From positions 7,319 through 71,318 of IMG/VR virus record IMGVR_UViG_2728368913_000005: 64,000 nt of DNA, one strand, 5' to 3'. Source of the DNA: a virus. Lineage: Duplodnaviria; Caudoviricetes. Position numbers and translations under genes: made by a program. How positions within the stretch are numbered: position 1 is the stretch's first letter; every line of letters begins with the position of its first letter. Under the pieces are notes generated by a model. It searched no databases. It was not told the origin of the DNA and saw only the letters and a list, made by a program, of their open reading frames with translations. Of this stretch, positions 10,676-20,896 are shown piece by piece.

Positions 10676-11049
10676 AGGCGTGCCGGGTCGTAGGCCGATT
10701 GGTACACATCGATAACTGCCTGGGGCGCACCGACGCAAGTGGTCACCAGCGCGGCTACGGCTTCGTCAGTGAACTTGTCGTCGAAGGACCAGCCAGTCAC
10801 AACGTCCTTGATCTGCTCGACCTGCAGAGCGATCTCTGAGGCCGTCACTTCCTGCCAGGTGATGCCGTCGTCGATGCGCTTGGCGTTAAGATCGGCGCGG
10901 GCCGTGTTCCAGCGCTCGAACATCTCGGCAAGCGCCTTACGGTCCATGTACTTGAATTCAAATTCCACCTTCACCGGCGCTTCGCCGATGCGAGGAATCA
11001 TCACCGGCGCCTTGAAGGTCGGGTTCTGGGCGATTTTGATCTTGGCCAT
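10666..11049 (-). CDS. Tail assembly chaperone G
   Basis: Between tail tube and tape measure genes; ends RLGN at the slippery site. Confidence 0.88.
   Translation of the reverse strand: MAKIKIAQNPTFKAPVMIPRIGEAPVKVEFEFKYMDRKALAEMFERWNTARADLNAKRIDDGITWQEVTASEIALQVEQIKDVVTGWSFDDKFTDEAVAALVTTCVGAPQAVIDVYQSAYDPARLGN
10669..10675 (-). promoter_or_regulatory. -1 ribosomal frameshift heptamer G GGA AAC
   Basis: XXXYYYZ heptamer just before the G stop; -1 frame is open. Confidence 0.85.
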
Positions 11050-11052
11050 GGG

Positions 11053-11709
11053 TTACGCCACCACTGCGGAGTAACGGGTTGGACGGCCGGCCAGTGACAG
11101 GGTCATAACGCGGGTCATGAGGTTGTTTCGGCCCAGCGTCGGCGTCGTGGTGATGGACACATAAGCGTTGTAAACGATGCTGCTACCGCCCGGCAGATTC
11201 AAACGAAGCACACGCGTCTGCTTGTCGTCGTCGGCAGCCTCCACCACAGCCACATAGGGAAGGTCTGGATCATCCGCCACGGTAAACGACATGCTGATCG
11301 GGTTTTTGGTGGTTGGCATCTGACGATCATCGTCGTCGGCGAGGAAGCCAAAGGTCAGAAACTGCTGGTCACCACCACTGGTGTTTACCTCGGTGATCTG
11401 GGGCACCTCGACAAAGCTGGTCACCTTGCGCACTGAGCCGGTGCCTGAACCAGCCGGGTATGGCTGCAGATTGGTGGTGTTGATGTTTTCCAGCGCAAAC
11501 GTACCGCTCAGGCTTTTGGAAACGCGAGTGGCGCGATCATTCAGGCGAGTCCAGCCCGACGTTACGGCGATGATGTCACCGTCAGCCAGGCCGTGTGCAG
11601 CGGCAGTGGCAACAGCCGGATTTGCGTTGTTCAGCGCAGTTACCGGGATTGCCGCGCCATATGCGGAGGCGATCTGAAGGGTTGCGCCGTTGGGGAGTCT
11701 GAAGCCCAT
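11053..11709 (-). CDS. Major tail tube protein
   Basis: Position; SGGDQQF motif of tail tube proteins. Confidence 0.88.
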   Translation of the reverse strand: MGFRLPNGATLQIASAYGAAIPVTALNNANPAVATAAAHGLADGDIIAVTSGWTRLNDRATRVSKSLSGTFALENINTTNLQPYPAGSGTGSVRKVTSFVEVPQITEVNTSGGDQQFLTFGFLADDDDRQMPTTKNPISMSFTVADDPDLPYVAVVEAADDDKQTRVLRLNLPGGSSIVYNAYVSITTTPTLGRNNLMTRVMTLSLAGRPTRYSAVVA

Positions 11710-11780
11710 GGTGGTTTTCCTCTGTGCAGAAATGACAAAACCCGCTCAATGGCGGGTTCTGGGTTTGCCCAATGGGCGAA

Positions 11781-12191
11781 TTAGTTGGTGTCGGCGCGGT
11801 ACTGAAACGAGGCAGAGACTGTCAGCGTGCTGTCACCGGTGATCGGCGGCCCAGGTTCTACCGGCGTGAGCACCAGCACCTCGAACGCGTCTTGCTTGAG
11901 CCTGAGATACGCGGGGAACAGAGCGGCAATGTCGTCGACAAGGCCCTCAGCTTCGCCAGTCCCATTGCCTGCTGGAGTGACAACGTTGACCTGAAACACG
12001 CCGGTATAGACGCGGTGATCACCCGACAAGGTGTCGGTACCGGTCCCGGCTGGAAGCATGAACGCCGCCAGATACGTCTCGTCTGTCTCTGGCGTGAAAC
12101 TGACACCCTGGTAGGCGATCCTCAGGTTGCGCCCACCCGCCCACACCGTGAGTCTCTGCTCAAACAGTGAGCGGATTATTTTGTGGCTCAT
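11781..12191 (-). CDS. Tail terminator-like protein
   Basis: GVFQVNVVTPAGNG motif, position. Confidence 0.8.
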   Translation of the reverse strand: MSHKIIRSLFEQRLTVWAGGRNLRIAYQGVSFTPETDETYLAAFMLPAGTGTDTLSGDHRVYTGVFQVNVVTPAGNGTGEAEGLVDDIAALFPAYLRLKQDAFEVLVLTPVEPGPPITGDSTLTVSASFQYRADTN

Positions 12192-12844
12192 ACCTGATGA
12201 TTCCTGATGGCCGCCTCAACGATCTGCTGGAAACGCGCCACGGTGATTCGGACCATGCCGCCCGGCGCCTGGGTCGAATGCCCAAATTCCAGCGGGATGG
12301 CGTATGGCAGGCTATTGGTGATGTAGGCGACGTCGCCGGCGTGGAATTCCAGCACACCGTTGACGATGCGGGCCGTGGATTTGCTGCCAGTCGGGTCGAC
12401 CTCTTCTGTAGTCGTGCCATCTGGCGCGCCAATTCCGAACATCCAGTTGCCACGGAATCGACCGCCGACGTAATCCTGGCCAGCTACGAGTCCGTTGACG
12501 TTGTAGTTCTGGACACGCTCGGTCTTGGTCAACGGCTTGGCGTATTTCACGCCTCGCTTCAGTTTGCCGGACTTCGTGAAGTTCGACTCTGTCAGGTTGA
12601 TGACCGTATTGCGCAGGGAAACCTTGAAGTCGTAGTCGTCGGCTGCGCGAGCGTTGGCATCACGGAACGCCAAGTTGGCCGCCCATATCTCAGGATTGCC
12701 CACTGGAGACATCCGGATGACACTGCTGCCGATCTCGATGATGATCTCGCGAAGACTGACATCAACCGCTTCCTTGGCCTGCTCGGCAAATCTGGCGAGG
12801 TCGAGGGCGAAGCTACCGGACTGACCAGCGCCTGCGCGGCTCAT
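12188..12844 (-). CDS. HK97 gp10-like neck protein
   Basis: SPVG...GRFRGNW...NSLPYAIPLEFGHSTQAPGGMVR. Confidence 0.82.
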   Translation of the reverse strand: MSRAGAGQSGSFALDLARFAEQAKEAVDVSLREIIIEIGSSVIRMSPVGNPEIWAANLAFRDANARAADDYDFKVSLRNTVINLTESNFTKSGKLKRGVKYAKPLTKTERVQNYNVNGLVAGQDYVGGRFRGNWMFGIGAPDGTTTEEVDPTGSKSTARIVNGVLEFHAGDVAYITNSLPYAIPLEFGHSTQAPGGMVRITVARFQQIVEAAIRNHQV

Positions 12845-13209
12845 GAGCGCACCTGCAGCTCGTAGAGCAGTGGCGTGCCTGCCGGGTTGATCTCTTTCAG
12901 CGGCGGAATGATCGACCAGGTGCGACCCTGGACCACCACTTTGCTGAGCAGCGTCGGTGGCTCACTCAAGCCTCGAGCGGCAATCTTCAGCTTCTTGTCG
13001 CCTACCTTGATCAGGGTGTTGGTCTGGAACTCCTGCCCAGTGAAGTCGAGCAGGATGCCTCGGGCGGTTCTCTCCGTGACCGTATCTGGTGATGTGGTGC
13101 CGGTCGCCGGGCTATAGCCGCCCTTGATTGCATCGCGGATGGTGACTGCCTGGCCGTATTCGGTAATCAGATCGAGGGCCATCACAGCCATCTCATCGTA
13201 GAAGGCCAT
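12841..13209 (-). CDS. Head closure / head-tail joining protein
   Basis: Position and size; IKVGDKKL beta-rich pattern. Confidence 0.72.
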   Translation of the reverse strand: MAFYDEMAVMALDLITEYGQAVTIRDAIKGGYSPATGTTSPDTVTERTARGILLDFTGQEFQTNTLIKVGDKKLKIAARGLSEPPTLLSKVVVQGRTWSIIPPLKEINPAGTPLLYELQVRS

Positions 13210-13225
13210 GGTGGCTCCAAGTCAA

Positions 13226-13726
13226 TCAGGCGCGCACTGCAAACAGCCCGCGTCGTTGAAGATAGTCTGCAAACTGCGTAGCGCTGGGCCTGTCCGGCGC
13301 AGCAGGCAGCAGTCGCTTGCTCGTATTGCTGATGGTCGCGTATTCACGCTCTACCGCGCCGTCCACCTTTTCCTTCGTGACCGCGCCCTTGCGCTTGTCG
13401 ATAGGATCAATGTCGTCGGCATGAATCTCTGCGGCCAGAGCCATCTGACCGTACTGAATGCGTGCCGGGAGGTACCGCTCCGGCTTGTTCTCGCCATCCA
13501 GGCGAATCTCCCGGCGAGGCCAGGACAGTGCCTGATCGCCGGAGGATTTGCGCCCCTTCCAGGTCATGCCGTCCATCACCAAGGCGGCCCGGCGCAAAAC
13601 AGCCTCTTGCGCAGCCTCTTCAGCGGGAATGGCCACACCGAATTTCCCGGCGTAAATGACCAGTTCAGCGGCAGTGGCGTAGCTTTCAGCACCCGGTACG
13701 CCGGTGCCGTCCTCGATGATGAGCAT
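13226..13726 (-). CDS. Head-tail connector (often annotated DnaT-like)
   Basis: EDGTGVPGAESY...QALSWPR motifs. Confidence 0.78.
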   Translation of the reverse strand: MLIIEDGTGVPGAESYATAAELVIYAGKFGVAIPAEEAAQEAVLRRAALVMDGMTWKGRKSSGDQALSWPRREIRLDGENKPERYLPARIQYGQMALAAEIHADDIDPIDKRKGAVTKEKVDGAVEREYATISNTSKRLLPAAPDRPSATQFADYLQRRGLFAVRA

Positions 13727-13729
13727 GAC

Positions 13730-14158
13730 TTATTCCTTGGTTTCGTTCAGGCGATCTGCTTCGGCCTTGGCCTGAGCTTCATCACCAGCAAAGTCGCTGA
13801 ATCGTACACCGTCGCGGGTGATGATGATCCACTGGTTATCTGCTTCCAGCTTGGGGATGTAGACCGGTTCTTCCTTGGTGCCATCCTTCTGGGTGCCATT
13901 GGACTCAGGCTTGGTTGGGCCTTTGCCCGGCTTTGCAGGAGTTTTGTCAGCGGCCTTGGCCTTGCCTTTCACCGGCGTCTTGCGTGTCTCGATCTCCACC
14001 TCAATCTCGACCGCCTTGTAGGCATCGACAATTTCCGGGTAATCGCCAACCACTGTGACCTTGGTCACGCCGCGTTCGACGTTCCGGAACAGATCCGGGT
14101 TGCGATAGCGCTTGTTGGGATCGAAGTCGCCGCGCTGGTTGCTATAAACGAGTTCCAT
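13730..14158 (-). CDS. Head-associated hypothetical protein
   Basis: ORF after the capsid gene with GGAG RBS. Confidence 0.7.
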   Translation of the reverse strand: MELVYSNQRGDFDPNKRYRNPDLFRNVERGVTKVTVVGDYPEIVDAYKAVEIEVEIETRKTPVKGKAKAADKTPAKPGKGPTKPESNGTQKDGTKEEPVYIPKLEADNQWIIITRDGVRFSDFAGDEAQAKAEADRLNETKE

Positions 14159-14203
14159 GATGTTCTCCCTGGCGGCCATTTCTGACCGCACCTGTAGGAT
14201 GGC

Positions 14204-15154
14204 TTATGCAGCCGGAGTGAGTTCGATCATCACGCCTGCAGTGACCTTGTCGCTGGCAGAGTGCTTGACCCAGTTGGCGGACGAGCCGACAGCAGCGAGC
14301 GATGGGTTCGCACCGCCGGCGGTTTCCTTCCAGCTGTAACCCAGAACATCGATGTTCACGACGCCTTCAGCGCGGTAGCCGATGCCGAGGTTTTCCTCAT
14401 CGTTGACTTCATAGGAGCGGAAGCCAGGCGCCTGAGATTCAGTGATGGTCACGGCGCTTGGCAGCAGGCCGAAGATCACGTCAACCGGAGCGGTATCGGT
14501 AACCAGTACCGGCTTGCCCAGAGTGCCTGGCAGGCCGCCATAGATCACGACACCCGCCTCTTCGTACAGCTTGTTGGTGATGGCTTCGTCGACGATGTCG
14601 AAGTATGCCGAAGAGTGCATGACCCACAGCGCGATACGGCCGAATTTGTCACCGAACTTGCGCATGCCGCGAGTCAGCGTCTTCTTGCCGTCGGTCTCGA
14701 TGCTGGCTTCAACGACCATTGCAGGGTTGGAGCCGATCGAGGCGCGCAGTGCGGCTGTGGCGTACTGGACAAAACCTTCCAGCGTGGCATCGGCAACGTC
14801 CTGGCCGATGATTTGGGAGAACTCGTCTACCGGACGGCCGCGACGCTTGAACGCCTCTTCGGTCGTCTGGTACGGGCCGTACTTCCACGGAGCCTTGACG
14901 CCGACCGCCTCACCGGCGCCGATTTTCTTGGCGACGACTTTGGCTTCGGAGTTGACGTCACGGTGATCCAGCGAGCCTGCCAGCTTGTAGAAGGCACGCT
15001 TGCGGAAGTCACCTTCGATCAGCTCGTTGTCGAGGATGATTGCGCCGTTGGAGGACGCGTTGAAGATGTCCAGGTTGTCCTGAACACGTTCCAGATATGC
15101 GGTCTGAGCCTCATCGTTGTAGATGATCAGATCGCTGTTCACAGTTGTTGCCAT
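14204..15154 (-). CDS. Major capsid protein
   Basis: 316 aa after scaffold; ALWVMHS and TLGKPVLVTD HK97-fold motifs. Confidence 0.9.
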   Translation of the reverse strand: MATTVNSDLIIYNDEAQTAYLERVQDNLDIFNASSNGAIILDNELIEGDFRKRAFYKLAGSLDHRDVNSEAKVVAKKIGAGEAVGVKAPWKYGPYQTTEEAFKRRGRPVDEFSQIIGQDVADATLEGFVQYATAALRASIGSNPAMVVEASIETDGKKTLTRGMRKFGDKFGRIALWVMHSSAYFDIVDEAITNKLYEEAGVVIYGGLPGTLGKPVLVTDTAPVDVIFGLLPSAVTITESQAPGFRSYEVNDEENLGIGYRAEGVVNIDVLGYSWKETAGGANPSLAAVGSSANWVKHSASDKVTAGVMIELTPAA

Positions 15155-15166
15155 GGGTGAATCCCC

Positions 15167-15895
15167 TTACTTGGGCAAATTGAGGTATGCGGTTTGGCCG
15201 TGCTTACGCTGGTAGTCGCGCTTTTGCGTGGCTGTCATTTCGGAGCGCTTCAGTGCAGCCTGGCCGCCACCCCCGCCCGGGGCATTCGTACCCGAGGCCC
15301 TTGGCCACAGGTGAGGAGCGCTTTCGCGCAAGGATTCCGCCCATTCGAGCGGGGTCAGAGGGGTCTTGCCGTCTTTGCCGAGAATGGTCTGACCAGACTC
15401 ATCAACGGCGACCGCTTCGCCCTCTTCGTTCAGTGAGAACACGCCTTTGGCGCGCAGGATGATGTCGTCAGTTGCTTCAGGCAGCGCGCCGGCTTTGAGG
15501 GCCGCGCCGCGCACCGAGTCGCCCAGGACCTTGCCCTGGAACTTGGCGGCAAATGATTCAGCCTTCGTCGCGCGATCGCTGATTGCCTTCAACTGCTTGT
15601 CATAGTCGCCGCGCAGACGCTCGGTGCGCTTGTTGAACACCTCGTCCACCTTGCCCTCTGTAAGCAGCTTGGTTTCCTCGTCCTGACCGGCGCGGCTCAG
15701 CAGGCCTTTGACGGCGTCGATGTCGATGCCCTCAAACTGGGTTTCAAACTGAGTCAGCTTGGTGGAGGTGTCTTTCAACTTCCCCAGCAACTCGGTATTT
15801 TTGGTCTTCAGCCCCGAAACGGATGCTTCAACGGCAGTCGCGATAGCGGCCTTGATTGCCGGGTTTTCCAGGTCGATTTCGTTTTCTTCTGCCAC
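15167..15895 (-). CDS. Capsid scaffolding protein
   Basis: Coiled coil with GLKTKNTELL and Gly-rich C-terminus; GTG start after an AAGGGG RBS. Confidence 0.82.
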   Translation of the reverse strand: MAEENEIDLENPAIKAAIATAVEASVSGLKTKNTELLGKLKDTSTKLTQFETQFEGIDIDAVKGLLSRAGQDEETKLLTEGKVDEVFNKRTERLRGDYDKQLKAISDRATKAESFAAKFQGKVLGDSVRGAALKAGALPEATDDIILRAKGVFSLNEEGEAVAVDESGQTILGKDGKTPLTPLEWAESLRESAPHLWPRASGTNAPGGGGGQAALKRSEMTATQKRDYQRKHGQTAYLNLPK

Positions 15896-15976
15896 GGTGA
15901 TGCACCCCTTGGGTTTGTTCGCCCGCTTTGCAGGCAATAAAAAACCGCCCGATGGCGGCTGATTGGTAATGCTGGG

Positions 15977-17062
15977 TTAAATTCCCGCTCGTTCGAACGC
16001 CAGCGGCTCAAGCTTTTTCATCTGCTCCAACGTCAGCGGCTTGAAGTTACGGTCGAGCTGCAGCTCAGAGAAGCGCTCAAGCGTCAGCCCGCCATCACGG
16101 AACAGCTTGGCGCGGGTTGGGCCAAGCGCCTGATCCTGAAAAGCTGCCGGCTGGAGCTTGAGCCAATCGTAATAGCTCAGATCGGCCGCCACCTGGCCCC
16201 CGCCGTCCGGCCCCACCGAGGCGCGGGTAGCATCCTTGCTGAGGAACTTGGTCCATTTGGTCACAGGCACGAAGGTCGTCCGGCACCTTATGTGAAACGG
16301 TGGACGCGGCCCGGAATCGACTGGAAAGCGGCGCCTATCCATCGACCTGCAGGTCTGTGTTGTTTTGCTATCGAGTGTGGCAACGATCTCAATCTCGGCG
16401 ACAACATCAGGATTGGCCTTGATCGTCTCCATCCGGGCCTGCGATGCCACATGCTGCACAGCCGTGTGCACGACCGCACTGGCATTGCGCTTGGTCGTTG
16501 CCAATATCCCGTCGCTGTACCCCGCAGCCTTGGTACCGCGAATCTTGCGGATGACCTGAAAGTTCGTCTGCCCTTCGAAGAATCCTTGCCTGATGGCACC
16601 ACTCACGCGCTCACGCTCGGTTGATGCCCAGTCCTTGATGAATGGCTCCAGCAGCTTGCCGCCGCCGTTGTCGCGCACGCTGAGCGGGTTGTTGAGCACC
16701 GCCGAGCGGATCGCGCGCGCTGGCGGGACCACTGCTTCAAAGGTGACACCGACAGGCGCGGACCGGGATAGCGCCGTCGCTTCGAACTGAGCCTCGTAGT
16801 TGGCCAAGTCGATCAGATCAAGGTTCAGCGTGGTGGTATAGCGGTCGAAGATGCCGAGCAGCAGGCTGTCGACCTCGTCGAGCAGTTGGTTCAGCCGCTT
16901 GATGTTGTACTCGCTAAGGTCGGCATTGGTAAGCTGCTCGCGAACGGCCCGGTCGATCTCCTTGAGAAAAGGAGCGAATTTCTCGACCTCTCCAGCTTTC
17001 AGTTGCTCCAGAAACACCGAGTGCCGAATCGTGGCATCAAGTACCGCTTGGTTGACGGCCAT
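15977..17062 (-). CDS. Minor capsid protein (Mu F / SPP1 gp7 family)
   Basis: ATLDSKTTQTC...PPFHIRCRT motif. Confidence 0.9.
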   Translation of the reverse strand: MAVNQAVLDATIRHSVFLEQLKAGEVEKFAPFLKEIDRAVREQLTNADLSEYNIKRLNQLLDEVDSLLLGIFDRYTTTLNLDLIDLANYEAQFEATALSRSAPVGVTFEAVVPPARAIRSAVLNNPLSVRDNGGGKLLEPFIKDWASTERERVSGAIRQGFFEGQTNFQVIRKIRGTKAAGYSDGILATTKRNASAVVHTAVQHVASQARMETIKANPDVVAEIEIVATLDSKTTQTCRSMDRRRFPVDSGPRPPFHIRCRTTFVPVTKWTKFLSKDATRASVGPDGGGQVAADLSYYDWLKLQPAAFQDQALGPTRAKLFRDGGLTLERFSELQLDRNFKPLTLEQMKKLEPLAFERAGI

Positions 17063-18458
17063 CGTTTAAGTCCTCGTCATCATCCAGGCCGAGGTTGTCG
17101 GTCTGTTCCTGAAGCTCTCCGTCTATCTGCTTGTCGGTTCGCTCCGGTGCGATCAGCCCCAACTTGCGCAGGTACCCGCGCAGATCGGCTTTGGCGAAGC
17201 CGCCGCTCTGCCACAGCTGCACAAGCGCGGTGATCATCTGCGGGTCCGCGCTGAGCTCGACGAACTCCTGATTGACCAGGTAAGCCGTCTTACCGGTGGC
17301 GCCCAAGAACTGAGCACACCAACCCAGCGCTCGGGTATAGGCCTCGTTGACGTTGGATACGCAGATCGCGAGCACCGACGTGGACGCCGACTGGTCACCT
17401 CTCGACTCTGTAGCCGTCTTGGCCGTCATCGACGACACAACCATGCGTGCGCCCAGCTCAATCATCATCTGGTTCTTGTCGGCCATCGCCTCTTTCACCA
17501 GCGTGTTGGGCTGGGGCTGGGCAAAGGCGAAGGTTTCGCCAGCTGGCACAGGGATCGGAGCCCGGGAGCCTACGTAAACGCCTTCTTTGCGGGCCATCTC
17601 AAGCCATTGGTCGTCAACACCACTGATCCACGGTTGAGCCTGGCCACACCAGAACACGCTGTCCTCGTAGTCCGCGCTGTTCCGGTAATGCCCCAGGTTG
17701 ATCATCGCGATGTCGTACAAGGGCGACTCATCAATGCTTGGGTCGTTGTTCTGCGCGCCGATGAACGTGAAAGGGATCTCCTTGAGACGTCCGCCCTTCC
17801 CGGCTGGCATGTACTCTTCCACAACCTCAAGAGGGCCACCGCCGCGCGGACCTTTACGACGCCAGACGCGACAGACGTACAGTCCAGCCTCGTCCAGGGC
17901 CAGCTCGCGAAACTGCTCCGTGTACTTGAGCCCAAACCCATCCGCCTCTTCGTTCATCTCACGAAGGACGACCATGATCAGGACGTTGTGGCCGTCCACC
18001 ATGCCGGTGCGCCAGTTGATGACGTCTTCAGCCGTGTAAGTGAGGATGACCGAATGCCCGCCGATGCCGCTGTCTTCGTGAAAGTCCACGAAAAGACCAT
18101 GACGACCGGCTTCCAAGACCTTCTCAAGCGAGCCTTGCGACTGCTGATAGATGCTCACGCCTGCGCCGTTGGCATTGTCCTGCAGGTATTCAAGGTTCTT
18201 GGGAACAGTAAGCGTCGGGTCTTTATGGAACGCCAAGCCAATCAGCCCGTTTCGGGTGTGACCGGTGGCGTTCTTGAACACCGCGCGCTCCCGGTACGCG
18301 TTGTTACGCTCGACGTTTTCCTCTGCCTTGTCGTGTCGGTTGATGTAAGGCAGTCGATCAACAACGCGGTGCTGGCCAGCACAGACGTCGCGCACAGTCA
18401 GCCAGCGATCCAAGGCCTCGATGTATTCGGGCCGTTTGAAGGAAACGTCGTTGTTCAT
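17037..18458 (-). CDS. Portal protein (DUF4055 type)
   Basis: 473 aa after terminase; PLYDIAMINLGHYRNSADYE motif. Confidence 0.88.
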   Translation of the reverse strand: MNNDVSFKRPEYIEALDRWLTVRDVCAGQHRVVDRLPYINRHDKAEENVERNNAYRERAVFKNATGHTRNGLIGLAFHKDPTLTVPKNLEYLQDNANGAGVSIYQQSQGSLEKVLEAGRHGLFVDFHEDSGIGGHSVILTYTAEDVINWRTGMVDGHNVLIMVVLREMNEEADGFGLKYTEQFRELALDEAGLYVCRVWRRKGPRGGGPLEVVEEYMPAGKGGRLKEIPFTFIGAQNNDPSIDESPLYDIAMINLGHYRNSADYEDSVFWCGQAQPWISGVDDQWLEMARKEGVYVGSRAPIPVPAGETFAFAQPQPNTLVKEAMADKNQMMIELGARMVVSSMTAKTATESRGDQSASTSVLAICVSNVNEAYTRALGWCAQFLGATGKTAYLVNQEFVELSADPQMITALVQLWQSGGFAKADLRGYLRKLGLIAPERTDKQIDGELQEQTDNLGLDDDEDLNDGRQPSGT

Positions 18459-19756
18459 CGGGCGTATCCCAGGGTTAGAGAGGTGACCGGTTTTATGATC
18501 GGGTACTCGCGGTGGATGAAATAACCGCCGCCATCGTTCGCGTGGTCGTTGCCTTGTGATTTGTCGGGTTCACCGTTGGCAGCCCAGACCTGCTGCTCGA
18601 GGCCATCGGCATATGTCGGGCAGGTGAAAGGGTTGACCAGGTATCTGCGCTCGCCCTGCGCGTTGCAAAACATCGCGTTCATGGCGTTGATTCGATCCTT
18701 CACCGGAGGGTTGGCCGCAGGTGCGATCACTGTGAAGCCTGCCTGCTTGAGCATGGCGATGTCCGTGACGCTGGCATTGACTGACTTGCGCGAGTCGCCG
18801 GAGGCGTCTGGGTAAACCCTGACTTCGCAGGTCTTGATGTACTTGTCGCCATCGTGGCGCCAGTAGCGTTCCTTGATGCGCCGGATCATGTCGGGCGTGT
18901 CGTAGCCGTCCATGAACTCGTCCACGGCCCGGGGCAGGCCCTTGTCCCGCTTCACATGGGTAATCGCGGCCATCTTGCCGACGTTGAAGTCCATGCCGAT
19001 GAAAAGAGGCTCACCGACCTGCACCGTGTCGAAACACTGGTTCAGCTTGCGGTCATAAGCGTGGTAGATCGATCCAGACGTCAGGTTGACGAATTGGCCG
19101 TTCAGGTAAGCCCTGATCAATTGCTCTGGGTACGACTCCATCAGCGAAGGGATGTAGTCGTCCGGCAGGTTCAGCTCGTTGTCAAAGGTGCTGGCCTGGA
19201 TGAGCCCATACATCTCCTTTAGCGCCGGCTTGTCGCGCAGCTGCTTCACGAACTGCAGGAAGACGAACTTGAAGCCTTCCGGTGTCGTGGTGACGTCCAC
19301 GCCGTTCTTCAGCCCGGGCAGGTTGTAACGCATTCGCGCGATGATCTTGCGCCAGGCTTGCTGCGCCTTGATCGAGGTCAGAACGTCCAGCTCATCGACC
19401 AAGGCGTGCCCGACCTTGAAACCGACAATAGTCTGCGGCTTCTCCATCGAGCGACAGATCACGGTGCCGCGATACTGCCGACCGCTGTAGATGTGAACTT
19501 CATGGTTCGCCTGATTGATCTTTGTCTTCAGGCCCCACTCGTAAGCCACCTCCTCCATCGTCGGATAGAAGATGTCCCGTATCTGCGGGTAAGTCGGCGC
19601 GAAGTAACCCGCGTTGACACCCGGCCACTCCATGAAGTGCTTGCTCAGCGCCGAGCAGCCGACCCAGGTCTTCCCAGAGCCGAAACCGGCCACGAATGCA
19701 CGAAACTTGTGGGGCAGCAGCAGAAATTTCGATTGCGGGACGTTAAGGCTGGGCAT
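18455..19756 (-). CDS. terL: Terminase large subunit
   Basis: Walker A GFGSGKT, Walker B LVDE, TTPEG, nuclease GMDFN and DHANDG. Confidence 0.96.
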   Translation of the reverse strand: MPSLNVPQSKFLLLPHKFRAFVAGFGSGKTWVGCSALSKHFMEWPGVNAGYFAPTYPQIRDIFYPTMEEVAYEWGLKTKINQANHEVHIYSGRQYRGTVICRSMEKPQTIVGFKVGHALVDELDVLTSIKAQQAWRKIIARMRYNLPGLKNGVDVTTTPEGFKFVFLQFVKQLRDKPALKEMYGLIQASTFDNELNLPDDYIPSLMESYPEQLIRAYLNGQFVNLTSGSIYHAYDRKLNQCFDTVQVGEPLFIGMDFNVGKMAAITHVKRDKGLPRAVDEFMDGYDTPDMIRRIKERYWRHDGDKYIKTCEVRVYPDASGDSRKSVNASVTDIAMLKQAGFTVIAPAANPPVKDRINAMNAMFCNAQGERRYLVNPFTCPTYADGLEQQVWAANGEPDKSQGNDHANDGGGYFIHREYPIIKPVTSLTLGYAR

Positions 19757-20204
19757 CAGGCTTCCTCGCGTCCACTACATCGACCTGGATACGAGTAGGA
19801 ATCGCCGGTTCGTCGCCCGGCTCATCCTTACGGTGGCGATTGACGTACATATCGCCGGATTCTTTGGCTGCCTGTTCCAGGACCTGTAGGGCCAGCGCCA
19901 GGTTGCGCATGCCCTCTGCCTTCTCAACGATCCTGCCGAGGGCGCGAAGCCGATAGGCCCGGTTGGCGATCGGAATCTCTGCCGTGTCTTCACGGAAACG
20001 CTTGCGTGTGTCGTGAAACAGCGTCACCCACCTGGCCGCAAGGGTTGCTCCAGCGCGTTTGGTTGGGTCGTGCGACTCACACTGCTGGCGGGATATCTCA
20101 ATGCTGAATTCTTGTTTGACCTGCTCTACGACTTGCGAGGGAGTGTCGAAACAAGCCAACGCCTGAACGATGAAGCTCTTCACCTCATGCTTCAGGGCTG
20201 CCAT
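19743..20204 (-). CDS. terS: Terminase small subunit (DUF2280 type)
   Basis: FIVQALACFDTPSQV motif; directly upstream of terL. Confidence 0.85.
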   Translation of the reverse strand: MAALKHEVKSFIVQALACFDTPSQVVEQVKQEFSIEISRQQCESHDPTKRAGATLAARWVTLFHDTRKRFREDTAEIPIANRAYRLRALGRIVEKAEGMRNLALALQVLEQAAKESGDMYVNRHRKDEPGDEPAIPTRIQVDVVDARKPDAQP

Positions 20205-20235
20205 AGGTTGGATTCCGTCTAATGCCTGTCAAATT

Positions 20236-20859
20236 TCAGGCCGACTTGAGCAGACAGGTTCCGCAGGCCCTCGATATATTCAATTTACCTACCTCAGTAG
20301 GCTTGTTTGCAGCGTCAACCAGTCGCTGAACGTCTGGGCTTGCCCCATAGCGACGGACCACACCGACGAACTCTTCGACGTCATGGCCGCGCATCTCAAG
20401 CTTTGGTAATCCGTCTTGCGTGAACTTGGGCGCGCCGTACTGATCGGTTGCGTGGGCGATGTGGTAGAGCTCATGCTCGACCAGTGCACAGAAGTCCGCA
20501 TCGCTGCACTGTGAGCAGTAATCGGCGGCCAGCGTGATGATGTAGCTCGGCACGAAGCCGAACCAGTCCCGCATCTGCTGCTCCATGCGTGCCTTCTGCC
20601 AACCACCGGCACGGAACGCAACCTGTTCGGCCTGGCCCAGCACTGTGCGACCCTGCTTCGTGAATGCAGACGAGGCCCACATGATGCAGATGTCAGCATC
20701 GATCAGATGGGCATGGTCTTCGTTGTGAATTCTGCCGGTGTCGGCAAGGATTTCGGTCTGTATCCACGCCCACACGCCTTCGGCGGGAACCAACCTCATG
20801 AACACGTCGGACTCGTCCGAAAGCTTCAGCAACCCGGCTGGGGGCAGTGGCCTATTCAT
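20236..20859 (-). CDS. Putative phage metallopeptidase
   Basis: HELYH (HExxH) and HDVEEF motifs. Confidence 0.82.
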   Translation of the reverse strand: MNRPLPPAGLLKLSDESDVFMRLVPAEGVWAWIQTEILADTGRIHNEDHAHLIDADICIMWASSAFTKQGRTVLGQAEQVAFRAGGWQKARMEQQMRDWFGFVPSYIITLAADYCSQCSDADFCALVEHELYHIAHATDQYGAPKFTQDGLPKLEMRGHDVEEFVGVVRRYGASPDVQRLVDAANKPTEVGKLNISRACGTCLLKSA

Positions 20860-20896
20860 GCTACCTCCCAGCGCGATCGCTTCGTAATATCCAGGC